This document shows, one piece after another, positions 26,501-40,000 of a DNA stretch of 64,000 bases (positions within the stretch are counted from its first letter, which is position 1; each line of letters starts with the position of its first letter). Source of the stretch: Raillietiella orientalis (lineage: Eukaryota); assembly GCA_036172245.1 (NCBI GenBank), contig JAYWIR010000029.1, forward strand, positions 248,001 through 312,000, written 5' to 3'. The translations under genes and the position numbers were made by a program. The notes below the pieces were generated by a model. It was not told the DNA's origin, did no database searches, and worked only from the letters and a program-made list of their open reading frames with translations.

Positions 26501-29500
26501 GCTGCCTGATTCGCATCTTCCTCCGCAAATGGACCCATTTCCCAGCGCCTCCCTTCTCCCCGCTCCTCATCCCTCGGGCCCCCCTCCTTCCACTCCCGCT
26601 TCCCTCGCGCCGGCAGCGGTCTCACCGTTTCCTTCCCATACCCAGCCCATCCGCACGTACGGGAACGAGGGAGCCGCGGCGGACCACGGGTTGCCCTGGC
26701 GACGGCGAGATCAGACACGCCGAACGTCCTCCTCCTGATGCTTACCATCTGAAGTGACTGCCTTCGTGGGACGCATCAGCCCCCAATTTTTCCTGCTCCC
26801 ACGCTCGCCGTCATCACCCTCCTCCTCCTCCTTCTGGTGGAAGCCGTCCCGGAGGGAAGAGGAGCGGGACTGGCCCTTCCCTCCCAGTCGGACGGCGACA
26901 CGCGCCCAAATGAGCACGGGAATCTGCACGCATCCTCCGTTTCCCAGAAGACCACGCCTTCGTTTCGAGCACTGCTGCTGCAGAGGCAGCCAGTTCCCCC
27001 AGAGCCAAGCCCAGTGTCTCCTGGAAAGGGCCCGTTCCCACCTTGGTCCATTCGCGCACGCGAGCACCACCCACCACCTATGACGAAAGGAGTAGCAGGA
27101 ATAAGGAGCGAAGTCCGACCAGTCCGAGACCCCTATCGGCAGCTCCAGGTTTCGTGTTAAGGGGCGTGGGATGAGGAAGTAGATTTTTCCGGAGTCTTCT
27201 CTCGAAACCCCCTCCCCGCGGTCCTTCGAAGGAAAAAGGGCTTGGCCCCCTCCGATTTTCCTCTTTAGCCTCGAGTTTTCTTTGCTGTACCCCCTCCCCT
27301 CATTTCCTCACATCCAGGTCTCACGACTCCCGAAATCTGCACCTCGGGATCCGAGGGAGGAACTGGAAAACCCAGAAGCTGGGAGGAGAGGCTGCCCTCC
27401 CTCCCCTCCGCGGGGAGCATCTCCGGGGAGGCTCTCTAGGCTGCCTTGTTCTCCCTCCTTTCCCCAGCTCGCCCCAAAGCATGAGCGGCGTGGACCCCGG
27501 TGCATCACGGGAAGGGTGAGGAAGGTCTCGTCCCGCCCTCTCTCCATGGGACGCCGCGAGAAGGGAACTGCCACAAAAGGCTGGCAAGGGACCGACTGCC
27601 GTCCCAAGCACAGTTCTCCCTGGAAGGAGGGAGGGGCATCCTGAAGGGGGGGAGGGGAAGCGAGGGATGCGGAGATGCGCCTCGGGAGCAAGCGCTGCAA
27701 TCTTCCGGTACCCTTTGTGGAATCTTCCAGAAGCGAAGAGAATTCGGAAGAAAAGGGCTGGGACCGGAGGGGCGAGGAGAGTCCTCAGGCTGGTGCGCCG
27801 TTCATGAGCCCGCTCTCTCTTCTTCCATCTTCCATGAGGTCGCTTAACTCCATTCCGTGTGCCGCGCCCGCTCAGCAGGGCCGGAAGCGTTCGCGAGAGC
27901 GGGGGAGGAGCAGGGAGCCGAGAAGAAAGGGGAAGGGAGAAAGAAGTGATGCCAGCGCGCGTTGCTCCTCCGGAAGCAAAGGGGAACGGAGAGCGCTCGT
28001 GCACGCTTCCTCCTCCCTTCCCACCCCGCCGCGACGCGAACGGTCGGTTTCCTGCTATACCCGTGAGTCCACCCATGACCATGGAAAAGAGAAGGAGGCA
28101 AACTCCAAGGGCATGCAGAGGGTTTGTTTCTCCTCAGCTTCGCCCCCTCATGACCCCTTTGGTCAGGTTAGTGCCACCCCCAGACAGATGGAGGAGGCGA
28201 CATCGCCGCAAGATGTGTCCTCCAGGGATACCTCCGAAGGGGCTGGCCGGCCGGAGGGTTGCCGGAGGCGCCTTCAGCGGACTCTGAGCCAACGCCTCCT
28301 CTCCTTCCTCGCCCACCGCCCAAGGAAGATTGCCTTTCCCTCCTTCCCCCCCCCTCCCAACCCTTCCATCATCACCAAGTTCCCCATCCTCTTCGCATGT
28401 CCCGGAGTTTGGCGTCATCTCCGGGAAGCAAAAGGAACTGGAATAGCTCCTTTCCTTTCTCGAGGAAACCCCTCGGAGAGCCGAGAGGAGGAAGAGGATG
28501 ATCAGGAAGGAGACGCTCCCCTCCTCTCATGCTCTTCAGAGCTCATTGGCTGAGCTCGAAGTCAGGGAGAGCAAGCCGGGTCGTCTGCAGGTGCGGAGGG
28601 GAGGAGCAGGAAGGACTACACCCCGGGAAGGAGCGGGGACACGACCACGATGCCGGGATCGATCTCTCCTGGACCGAGAGTGCACGGATGGTAGAGACGA
28701 GTGGAAAGGCGGGCGGCAGAAGGGGGAAACAGCCCTTCCTGTCGCCTTTCTGAGCCGCTGGATGCTGCAGGATCCAGGAGGCAGCAGGAAGGACTGTTTC
28801 CCCTTTTCCACCGCGTGGCTGGAGAAGCTCCATAGGGGCGGAAGGCAGGACTCCGCAATGGGATCGCGGAGGTGTCGCGTCTGGTCCCATATCCTCCCCC
28901 GTGAAGGGCGCGGAGGAACCGGAAGGACATGACGTATACCCACTTCAAGCTGCCTTGGGGGCACACGAGAGAAACACTGACCCGTCAAGGTCACTCCTCT
29001 CGCTCCCTGCTCCCGACCGGATGGTGGGTCCACTTTCGGGAACGATGCGAGTCCTTCCCTCCCCCTTTCCTTTGACCCTTTGCGGGTGGCTCGCTCGCAA
29101 TTCTCCGCAAGAAGCGTCTCCCTATTCCTGACAACCTCCATACCCGGATGCAAAGAATGGGTTCTCGCCCCCCTTCCCCACTCCAGAGCGGTTCCGGAAC
29201 CCCCTTCCTTGATGTTCTTTCGGGCGGCAGGCGTTGGGGATTCGGGAAGAGAGGGACCGTCGGGCAGGTCGGAGCGAATTTCCAGTGGTACTCGCGCCTC
29301 CCGTGGAGCGTGCCAACCCGCGGACAGACTGCAAGGGCAGGGCTGCGTCCGCGAGCAAGTGTGGACGCGCCCATCTCTGGTGCCTCCGTCCTGAGATTCA
29401 CCCGTCCGTCCCGGCACGTGCCACAAGGCACGCGGACAAGCGTTGCGGGAAGCAGGAGAGAAGCACTGCAAGTGCTTCCGGCTCCACACTTCCGGGATGA

Positions 29501-29769
29501 CAGGGGGAAGGGGAGAAGGAAGGATGGAAGGCCTTCTCCACCCCTGTTCTCGAGTCGGGGAGGGAACGAGGAAGAAACTCAGGCGCTCGCTCGCACCATC
29601 TTCCCCCCTCCCCTCTTTCTTTCTCCCTCTTCCCTCCGCGGTGACGGAGCCCGTTGTCGATGCTCCCTCAGAATCCGCTCTTGGTCCCATAAGGATGAGG
29701 ACAGGTAAGGGAGACGAGCGGGGAGCGGACGTGTTCCCACGGGAGGAGCGAAGGAGCGACTCCTCTTCA

Positions 29770-30139
29770 ATTCTTGACACTCTCAAGAGGTATCACTCCA
29801 TGAGCTTCAGAGTACGCGATGGAGGGTCCTCCCTCCGAGGGAGCGAGTCAGCTCCATTTTCACAATCAGAAGGGAACCCTGAAGGCTCCTTGATTCCTTG
29901 AAGGATCCCGTAAGGTCGACTTCCAAGTCTGGCCAGTCAACGAGAGCATCCGTGAGTTTATGGCTTCCACCAGTGCCGCACCCACGAATAGGCCAACCAG
30001 CGTCATCCTGCAGGGAAGGAGACTCGAAACACACGACGATGCATCCCCTGTTCTCGGGGTCGATGCCTCCCCGGGCGGGATTCGAACCTGCAACTCTTGG
30101 TGCCGCACGCAGAGACCCCAGCCACATGGCCGCCAACGC
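29770..30139 (-). mobile_element. tRNA-derived SINE-like repeat, copy B (best-preserved Pol III head, 3' truncated)
   Basis: Minus strand has A-box-like TGGCGGCCATGTGG and a perfect B-box GGTTCGAATCCC (30088-30077), followed by the same core (gatgacgctggttggcct...ggcactggtggaagcc...ggaagtcgacctt...ggatccttcaaggaatcaaggagcc). Confidence 0.78.
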
Positions 30140-31314
30140 AAGCTCTCTTCGGCGAGGAGGAGCTCGGTGCCCGGATGGGCTCGAAGAAGGAAGGAGCGTC
30201 AATTCGGGACTCTCAGGTGACAGTGCGACCGTAGGAGGAGTTCTCGAGAGAGCCCTCGCCATTACACGACTCGATCTTCTTCTCCGGTATGGAGAAGAAG
30301 ATCGGGGAAAGGGAAACCGGTCAGCTGACTACCGCTGCAATCCCGAATACAACCCCACATGGACTCTTGCGCTAAGGCGAGCTACTGAATGTTCCAGTGG
30401 AACACCTGAAGTGACCCCCGGTGCTGATGGACACGCGCACCCTCCCCATGAAGTGGCAGCAGTCGGCGCTGTTGGTGCTGCACTGGAGTCTCCCGTGCGA
30501 CGCCCGCCGTCACCACTGGACGCGGGGGGGTGTCGACCCCAATTGCGTTAGGTGCGGGGAGCAGTAATCCCTCCCCCACCTGTTAATGGATTGTGTTGCC
30601 CTTCTTTCCCTATGGGAGCGCTTTGCTGCGACCCAAGGTATCCCCTGTGCAACCCCAGGGACATAATTAGACCCTTTTCGTTCGCGACGCCCTTCGGCCA
30701 GCGGCCTCGTTAGCAGCTCTGTGCTGCCTACGCGGGATCGTTGCCGCATGGAGCAAGCCAACGGGAGGACCCCACGATAAGGGTGCCGTCCAATGTGCTG
30801 CCGAATTTATGAGGATGGCGACAGGATAGCCCCACCTGGAAGTCAACATACAGGAAGAGCTTGCTGGCATCCTCCAAAGGATGCGGTGGACCCTCCCAGC
30901 AGACTGTGATCCCTTCCCGCTCCCTCTCCAGTTCTTTTGTTTATTTTTCATCTTGTTTTTGCTTTTGTTTTGTTTATACCCCCTCCCCTCTGCTTCCGAG
31001 GCGGACCGCACCGGTCTGCGAACCGGTGGCCAAGCAGACTTTTACCATCTAGCGCGTGGCTGGACTCCTGGTCCAGCCACAGATTCTGTAAATGTTTAAT
31101 TCGAAAGAATAAACGCCCCAGAGCACCCGAATGGGAATCGAGAGAGCCGCGGGGACTCGCGGGAGTGGGCGGGCTCCCGGTCCACCCTCGTCTAGGAAGA
31201 GTTCCTCCGCGGCCGGCCCGTGTCCTCGACTGCGGCGCCACCTGGAGGCGCTCTCCTCCCTCCCACACACACATACCCTTCCCGCCCAGCCCCATGCTCC
31301 CGGAAAGCACCTAC

Positions 31315-31777
31315 CTCCGACGAGGCGGGAGATCTTTTCGTACTCCACGGAGGGCCGGAACCTGTCAGCCCCGCTGCCAGGAAACGCCGGCGGCGCGGTG
31401 GCGCCTCCGGCGGGCTTCTTGTGCGCGGCGGCAGGCGCGCCCGTGGTCGGCTCCTCCAGGGTCTTGCAGGACGCCGCCGTCGCCGCCTTCCGCGGTAACT
31501 CGGCCGGCGGCGGAGGCGGCGGTGGCGGCGGTGGCTTTAGCTGCGCGACGAGGCCGGTCGGGGAGCTGCGGCACGCCGACAGGTTGGTCAGGCGGTAGCC
31601 GCAGGCCGACCAGTTCGCGATGGGGTACTCCTCTGTCTTGATGGCCGAAAAGGGGGGGAATCCGATGTGGAAGCCCCCATGGTGCCTGGGGGCGGGTGGC
31701 GCCAGGTCGCCGCCGAAGCAGTGACTGTGCTTGAGGTCCATCGCCGGCGCGTAGGAGCAGCTGGTGCTTTCGTACAT
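31315..31777 (-). CDS. Ets65A: ETS transcription factor Ets65A/ERG/Fli-1 orthologue, first coding exon (MYESTSCSYAPAMDLKH...IKTEEYP...YEKISRLVG)
   Basis: ATG at 31777 inside ORF 31049-32437(-). The N-terminus resembles the recalled insect Ets65A start (MYENSCSY..ALDLK...VKTEE). The exon ends at a phase-1 donor GGAG|GTAGGT (GT at 31314-31313), 463 nt. An upstream acceptor ttttccccAG at 31867-31868 implies a further upstream (probably non-coding) exon. Confidence 0.82.
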
Positions 31778-32999
31778 GGCCCGGCTAGGGCCTCCGGGTT
31801 GCTTGCGCCTGGGGGCACAGGGAGCGCTGGTGAAGAACTCCGAGTGATCTCGAGGGAAGAACCGCCCTGGGGAAAAGGGGAAATGCCTCAAGTTCCCCTC
31901 CCCCCTCCCGCCGCCATCACCTCCCTGCCATCCTCTCTGCGCGGCTCTGACTCCCATTCCGGAAAGGAGCCAGGGAAGAGGGGTCGGGCGGCCCGGCGAG
32001 GAACGCACTCTCGCGTTCTGGGAGAGGGGATGCTCGGTAGGAAAAAGGGACGTGCGACTCACCCCTGTGACCCAGCCCTCTGCGCGGAAAGAAAGGGAGA
32101 ACGGAGGGATGGGGAATCGTGCCCTCCTTTCCATCAGCCCAGAGAGCCGAAGGGAAACCTTCTTTCCCCCACCCCCATGCCGGTCCTGCTCGGGCGAATG
32201 CCGCAGGACATCAGCTGGAGGCAAGAGCAACAATTTCCCTCCGAGAGAAGGCAACAGAGGTCCCGGATTGAGGACTGCGGTCCACAAAGGAGGACGAGGC
32301 TGCGTCCTCTCACCTGGCCCTTTTGCTTGCTCCAGAGAGGAAGAAGATGCTTCCCAGCCCAACTGCAAGCTGGGAGCGCGGAGAGTGGCAGTAGGAGGAA
32401 GGGGGGAGGATCTCGTTTCTCCCTCCTCTCCCCACATCCCTTTCCTTGCTCAGGAGCGACCCCTCGTGGTCTTCCGGGCTTGGTAAGGAGGGTCGGCTGG
32501 TTGTGAGGATTCCCCGGTCAGGGAGTTTGAGGATGCGTCTCGGCAGGGAAGACACCTTTTCCTTTCGTCGGAGCGGTGAATGGGGGGAGGAAGAGGAAAA
32601 GGGCTCGTTGGGGTAGCTTCCCAGCCGCGTGCTAACCGAGGAAGGGTTCAGGGAGGACAGACTCTCCAGGAGGAACCCCGTCGAACTTTGCATAAGGGTC
32701 GAGAAGGGAGCGACGGAGAATAAGAGGAGGGACCTCCCTGAGTCCCGCAGGACGATCTGCCACCTGTCCCAGGTCAGAGGCATCAGGGGGGTGGAGCTCC
32801 AGGAAAGAGCGGGGGGCGTGGAGGCGGGCGCAATGGGATGTCTCCCTGAAGGACAGCCTGGGTCACCTGGACTCGCGGCGATAACAAGAGGGGCTTGGTT
32901 TACCTTCTTACGGGTACCTCGGCGTCCGGGTCAGGAGGGAGGTCAACTCTTACCCCCTTGCCCGCCGCACCTCTCCTGGAGCGGAAGGAAGAAACGGGG

Positions 33000-34000
33000 G
33001 TGGGAGTTGGGGGTGTTAGGGGAGCCTTTCAGTCGGTTGCCGAGGCCGCTATCAACTTGCTGCTGCTGCTGTTTGGCCGGTTGCTGGGATGGCGGTCTCG
33101 CTCGTCGGTCCTTCGCCGCGTTCTCCGGCCTCCGGGTTCCCCGACTGCAGAGGCGGAGGAGCGACCTGCCCGCGACCTCTTACACCCACCCGCCGGACAG
33201 CAGCAGCGCTGCCGGTCGCGCAGCAAAGAGGGCGAGGAGGGGGGGGTTCGGAGGGAGCAGGAGGAGGAAGCGAAAGAGAGTGGGACTGGAGAGAGACTGC
33301 TCCTGACCCCCGGAAGCGGGGGAGGGGGGCTACGCGCGCGCGTGCGCGTTTCAGAACCTCGGGAGGAAGGGGAGGAGGGCGGATGGGGCTCTCCCGGATC
33401 GAACAGGGGCCCACTGCCAGTCGCACGCGTGGAAGACGTGGCACTGGGACAGCGGAAGCCGGGCGGAAGCGGCGACGGCGACTGGAGGGTGCTGACGGCG
33501 CCCGCGAGCCGCAGCCGCCCCGCCCCTCTCGCCTGCGCGCGCGCGCCGGTTGGCTGCTGCCGCCATCACCGAGACTCCGCCTCCTCCCGACGAGTCTCTC
33601 TGCCGAGGTCCCTCCTCCTCTGGCCCGTCCCCTGACTCGCGCTAGAGACGCGGAGCGAGCTCTCGCAGCGCGGGATTCGCCCCGCCGCCGCCATGTGGGA
33701 CGGGATGGAAGGGGGTGGGCGGGGTAGGTGGAAGGGCAAGAGCGACCACCACCACTTTCCACCTCGACGGGAACCCACCTCTCTTCCCGAAAGGGGACGG
33801 TGAGATAAGGCAGGAGAAGGAGCTTGACTTTCCCTTGACTCTCCTCCTTACCCGAGAGCCCTTCATTCCCGGTGGGGGTGGGATGAGAGTCCCTCCGGGA
33901 GCTCCTCCCCCAATGGCACGCCCCACTAGCGCGCACGGCGCAATTGGAAAGCACCACCTCGCGTCCGCCCCACCCCATCCCACCGCTTCGGAGGAAAGAA
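33000..34000 (-). promoter_or_regulatory. Very GC/CpG-dense block upstream of the Ets65A first coding exon; candidate promoter/5'UTR
   Basis: Among the highest local CpG densities in the window, 1-2 kb upstream of the 31867 acceptor. Candidate minus-strand donors occur at ~32950 and ~33850. Confidence 0.3.
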
Positions 34001-37000
34001 AAGGTTCTGCTCTCCCTGACAGGGGGCAGTCTCTGGATGGGCGACCCCTAGTTCCCTCGTCTCCCACGCACACGCACACACCCTTGCGTGCTCCTTCCCG
34101 TCCCTCCACCCCTTCTCACCTTCTGGCGCGCACCCCGATCATCCCGGTCTATTGTCCCCCCCGTCCTCCCCCTTCCTTATCCTGGTCCGTTGTCCTCTAG
34201 AAGGGGGAGCGAGGAATGGGAGGTAGCTACGGTCGAGCTCATCCGCCCGTAGCAGCACCGGAAGGGGGGGCACGCGTGCAGTGAGGGGAAAACACGAGCG
34301 GGCAGGGAGCGGGTCCGAGAGAGCACGTCCCGGTCATTCCGCCGTCACCGCTGCTGTCCCCTCCTTTTCCTTCCTTCGGGATCGTCGGTCCCCCTAGGCT
34401 TGCTGCGCCCAGCACTGTTCCCCTTTTCTGGAACGAATGGAAAATCAGGACCCTCCCTGATCCCCGATCGGTTCCCGAAACCTGAAGAAAGGGAGCAGAC
34501 CCTCCTCTCCTACCCTCGTTCTTCCCCTTTCTGGCTTGGACCCTGGTCCCATTTTCGATCCATCCGCTCATTTCCCTCTATTCTCTCCTCCCAGATTTCT
34601 CCCTTTATCTTCTCCCCTATTCGGCCTAGTGGATCCGCGCGCACGCCCACTTGCCTCTCCGGCGCCGACCCCAGCCAGCTGCCACCGCCTTGGCCTTCCC
34701 ATACTTCATGCAATCCAGGAAGCCCGCAGAGGGATGCCGGGACGATCCCAAGCCTGCAACCGCTGAAGCTGGGCGGAGCCCACTACCTTCTCCCCTCCGG
34801 GAAGGGGAAGGAGGAGGAAGAGGAAGACCTCCAGCCGGAAGGAAGGGGAGGGGAGGCGAGGGATTTCCGTCGCAGTCTCCGAGACTCCTGAGGGAACGCG
34901 CCGCCGCCGTCCCTTGCCTGGAAAAGCGGGAGGAGGGCAGGAGGGATGTTCGTCTCTCCCCTTCCTCCAGGGAGACAGCGGACGACCCGCGATCGCAGGG
35001 ATCGCTGCGCCCGGGAGCGTCCTCTCGGAGGCAGTCGCTTCGCGGGCGCTTCTTCCCGCCCTGCACCTCTCCCGGGGGCGGTCATCCCGGTAATCGGTGC
35101 CGTGCCCATCTGCTTGGAAAACGGCCGTAATCGCATCAGGGAGGAAGAATGGGCCGGCCTTGGCGCTCTCCTTCCCGTCCCCGGGACCCATTAAATCTCC
35201 GGGATGCGCGGACCAAATGGACCGTGCGTCCCGATCGGCGAAGATTTATCCCCCTGGACTCTTCCTGTTTTCCCTTCCTCTCCCCGCGATCGCTGAGGGG
35301 AAATCGCATCGCCGGGACGCCTTCCTTTGTCGGGGTAGAGGAACGCAACTCGGGGAAAGAGCTCCGTGGGAGTCTCTTTTTCTTCTTCTTGGGACCGCTG
35401 TCCCCCTCCTCCTCCCTTCTTCCCTTCCCATCCCTTCCCTCCTCTGCCCCTCACCCCCCCCCCTTTTTTTTCCTTTGCTTTTTTTTCTTCCCGTTTCCTT
35501 CTTGCCTCCCCCTCTCTCTTCCTTGCAGCAGCGATTGTTTCTGCAGGGAGTAATCGATCTCAGGATCCGGGATCAGGAGAGCCAATCCTTCCTCATGGCG
35601 AAGAGGAATTCGTCTCCTTCCTTCTCCTTCCTTCCCGAAGGAACCGTACGATCGCCTCCCTTCCCATCCAGGAAACCTCTGGAGATCGAAAGGCGAGTAA
35701 CTGGGCCACCGACTCCATTGGGCGTCGCCGCCTCCCGGGAGACAGGAGAGGAAGAGCAGATGGCCATCCGCCTCCGCTCCGAGATCTGCCAGGTCGGTGG
35801 CCGGGATGCTCCGCGCACGCGCGTGCATATGCGCCTTCCCGCGGGCACACAGGGACCCAAGAGCGCCCGTATCTCCGGGAAGGGAGAAGTTTCTCGCTAC
35901 ACCTGCAGACCAACTCGGGGATATGCTGCAGGACGGGAAAGCGAGGAGGTAGAGAGGCGGAGGCAAAGAGGCGGAGGTGGCTCCCCGTGGTTTCCTTGGA
36001 AACCGAGGACGGACGGCGTCTCTCTGTCCATTCCAGGCTGACGAGAGGGAAGGGGGAGTGCTCAAGTTCAGTATCTCCGGAGCATCTTGAGGAGGGACCT
36101 GCGCACCCAGGGAAGGGGGGAGGAGATGAGCGAACATGTGATTCCGAGTTCTCTAGCAGGGAAGGAGGGATGGTGAAGAGCGAGCACTGCCGCCCAGGGA
36201 TTTACCTGATACAGTCAAGAAAGAAAACCTCCCAGATACAGGGGCCCTCTTCCCGAGCATGCCGACACGACCTTCCCCTTTGTTCCCTCCCCGTCCCGTC
36301 CCGCTTCCGGATACCTGAGGTCAGCAGCGGCCTCGGAGGCAAGTCTGGGAAGTGCCTCCAGGGGCGCTCGCCACTCTCCCGAAGCTTTAGCCGCCAAGGG
36401 GTCCAATTCCCTCTCCGCCTCCCTCCCACTCCGGAGGGCGAATCGACGCGGGAGCGATCGAACCCTCCCCACGGTCATATTCGCGCGCGGCAGCCACGGG
36501 ATTTCTCCACGGAGGCCTCCCACCCTCTATGACCGGATGAGGAGAGGCGGAGAAAGGGGATGGTCGGCAGCGACAGAGAGGAGGAGGGAGCTCCCGGTGG
36601 AGATCCGATGGGCAGCGGCCTCTCGCAAACGCAGTCAGGTCACGGTTGTTCCTGAGGGAAAAGGCAGATGCTGAAGAGGAATCCCCTCCGACGGCAGTGC
36701 CCTACCGGAGACACGCTAGAGGTGGGGATTGGGAAGCGCATTTCTCTTCGAATCCCTTTTCCTACGCGATCCCGGTGTGGCGCTCCGCGGGAGAAGGGGA
36801 GGGCGGTTAGCCAGGCCAGGCACCCCTCTTCTTCCCACTCGGAGCTTTCGTGCAAGGTTGGGCAGCTTCCCATTCGGCGCCGCCGGACGCTGATCCAGGA
36901 ACTCGGATGCTGCAGGACTCACCACAGCCGGGAGGACGCCTAGTACATCGCGGCGCTACCTGGAGACTCCGGCTTCTAGTGGAAGGGTGCGGTGACGACG

Positions 37001-40000
37001 AGAAGATCCTCCCTGCGTCGTCACGGTGCCTTCCCCTGGAAGCTGGAAAGGAAGCGGCAGCGAACCCATGCAATTGTCCATCCGGGATCGTGGATGCCTT
37101 GCAGGAGGCTGATCCGCTCTGCGGAGCTCCGTGGTTCGGCGGTTCCCAGGCAGGGCGCTGAGCTCACCGCCTTACGGAGAAGAAGGAGCTCCTGGTTCCC
37201 TCGCGGGAATGCGAGGAGTTTAGGGAGGTCTCGAGTCGAGGGTGGGATGGGAGAGTCAGGAGAGGTCCGGAAAGCGTCCTCGATTTGGTCAGGGTCATCG
37301 TGCAAGGGTGAGCCGCTCTCCCTCGCCCCTCTAGGGTGTCCTAGGGAGCCCCTTCGCCACCGCGACGGAGCTCAGGTGGCAAGCACGCTCAAGCCCAGCA
37401 GCCGCTCCTGGAGCTTCGGAGGCGGGAAGCCGGAAATCTTCCTTTACCGCAGGGCACTGAAAACGCCAAGCAACGAGACGGCACCTGGCGTGCAAGTGCG
37501 GGTAGTCCCGCGGAGAGAATGGCTCGCCGTCGTCCTTCTGCCGTGAGCCTTCGGGGAACCAGGAGTCCTCCTCAGGGCGCGAGTGCGAACCGAAGGCTGG
37601 GAGGCTGGCGACATTCGAGGCCTGGAAGAAGGGAAAGGGACACGTGACCTTTACCTGAGGATCTCCCACTGTGGAAACTCCAACGGTCGCAGACTTCCAA
37701 AAGCAGCAGGAACAGCTGTTACACAAGAGCCCGGGTCCCCCCCCGAGTGGGGGCGGAAGGAACTTGCTCCCTTTCCCTCACCCCCACCCTCCCCACACAC
37801 ACACACAGAAAGGGAGAGTGCGCCTCCGGCTCTTCCAGTAAGCTTCCGTAGGCTGCGTCCCAAGACAGCCTGCGTCCCAACGGAAGAGATCCGTGACGCT
37901 CCTGGCACATGACAAACCGCTCTTTCGCACAGGCCGCTTCCCGTGGTCCAGAGGTCGCCACTACCGCTCTCCAAGGAAGCCTTTAGAAGACTTGCGGTCC
38001 CTTTGTTGTATCTCCTCGCCCTCCAGAGGCTTGTCACAGGGAGTCGGTGCCAAACCTCTAGAAGGATCGAGGATCATGATCCAGGATTACCTGACTGGCA
38101 CCCCCTCGCTTCTCCTTCGTTTCATCCCGTACAGACCGTGTCCCCGAGAGGGAGGGGGGGAGAAAAGATGAAGATGGTCATCTTTTTGCACCCACCTTCC
38201 CTTTTCCATCTGGTATCCTCCTGTATCCTTGGCCGCATTGAGCCTCTACCGTCTCCTGGACAACAACCGGCGGCTCTCGAACCTTGGCTGACGCGGTGAG
38301 TCGCTTCGGTTTCGGTACTAAAAATCCCGGCATTACGAGGAGGCCTTCTCGTCCCCTGGTCTCCTCGTGTCCCGCCAAGGTGAAAGTCACCTCAGACGAC
38401 CCCTGACGAGCAGCCTGTTAGCACCCTCCAATTCCCATGTCTCTTCCCTTCCATCTTTTTCGAGATCCTTCCTCTGTGACGTCCAACACCCTCCTCCTGG
38501 GAAACTCGGGATGTGGTCCACATTGGGTGAGGGGGGAGCAAGCAACCACGCTGATTCCTCCTATCCTCCCAGCCCTGGCATCCCTTGCTGCCGATGACAC
38601 CGCCACCGGGAGAAAACGGACCCTGTTCTCCCGTTTCGTTCAACCCCCACCCCTTCCGTCGCCCGCTCGTCCGCTCGTGTTTCCCCGCTCCCTGTGGACG
38701 AGCCGGATCTTTGCCGAGTCCTTCGCGGACGTCGTTCCCCACCACTCCTCAAACCGACCCGTCCTCTTCCTTCTCTCTCCCTCCAGTTTTTCTCGATCTC
38801 CGCTTCCGCTAATGTCAATAAATCTCTTTCCCAACAATGAATCTTCTTTCCCAAATCTTTTAAGCCCGGCGAACAGGAGACGCCGGATGTCATTACGGAT
38901 CAATGGGGTCGCTAAGCAGCCAGGATGTCAGAGATTCGGGCAGAAGCAGGAGAGACCGGCAACTGCACTTTAGAAACGCTGCTGCTGCTGCTGCTGCACG
39001 ACAACGACGGCAGAGCATGCTTCCGTTTTTCTTTTTCTTTTTTGTCTTTTCGAGGTCCAGAGAAACTTCTGGAAGAGGAGGAGCAGCAAAAGGAAAGCAA
39101 CACCGCGAGAGTCATCCCAGCCTGGAACGCGGCGGACGGTCGCCAGGTGTGGCTCGTAGGGCGTGCGGATGGCGAATGTGCCTCCCGAGCTCACCCTTCT
39201 TCGTTCACTCTTCCTCCCGTGTTGCCCCTCGAAGAGGATGAGAATCGGGAAGAAGCATGAGCCTCCCAAGAGCCGTTTCGGGCCGCACCCCGGCCAATCG
39301 AGACGATAAGAAAGGAGGAGACGACGCGCCCTCGGGTCGGGAACGGGAGGCGAAGGAGGGAGCGGGCTAGGAGACCCTTCTCGCCCGCTCCCTCCTTCGC
39401 CTGACTCTCGCGGCTCCTTAGCGGTAGTCCGGGAAGGGAAGAGGAGGGGGAGGAAGAGAAAAATTCAGGAGAGCAGCAGTAGCGAAAGAGAGACGCGAAG
39501 GCCGCCTCTGCGACCAAGGAAGGGAACACGAAAGGGGGGGAGGAGGAGGAGAAGGGTCCGTTCGCTACCACGAGATCGAGCCGGCGGAGGAGACTTCCGT
39601 GCGTTCGCGAAGAGCTCGCGTGTCCCGTATTGATCCCTTGCTCAGCCCCGCGACCCTCCGATGCTAATCAGTTCGACAACTGGTAAAACCTAATGGCGCC
39701 ATGGCGTGACTGCTCTTCCTGATTGATTTGTGTTCCTCTGACTTCCCGAGGAACCCCTTGCCTTTGTTGCCATAGCGCCCCGGTCATTACCGCCTCGTGA
39801 CATGCACGCGATTCGAATCCCATCTTTCTCGAAGCCCAAACCTTTTTATTTTTATTTTATTTTTATTTTTATTTTTATTTTTGGGGGAGGGGGAAAAGGG
39901 GGAAGAAGAAGGGGAGAGAGAGGATCAGGAGGCGGGAAGGGAGGGCTCGTAAATTGCCCATCCCGAGTCTCTTCCTGGAAATTCATTGTTCATTTCTGGA

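Noticed and set aside
29424..29436. aaggcacgcgg resembling miR-124
   Set aside because: Only an 11-nt match with no precursor hairpin.
30065..30139. tRNA gene on the minus strand (perfect GGTTCGAATCCC)
   Set aside because: Acceptor and anticodon stems do not pair properly, and it runs directly into a core shared with two other repeat copies, so it is a SINE head.
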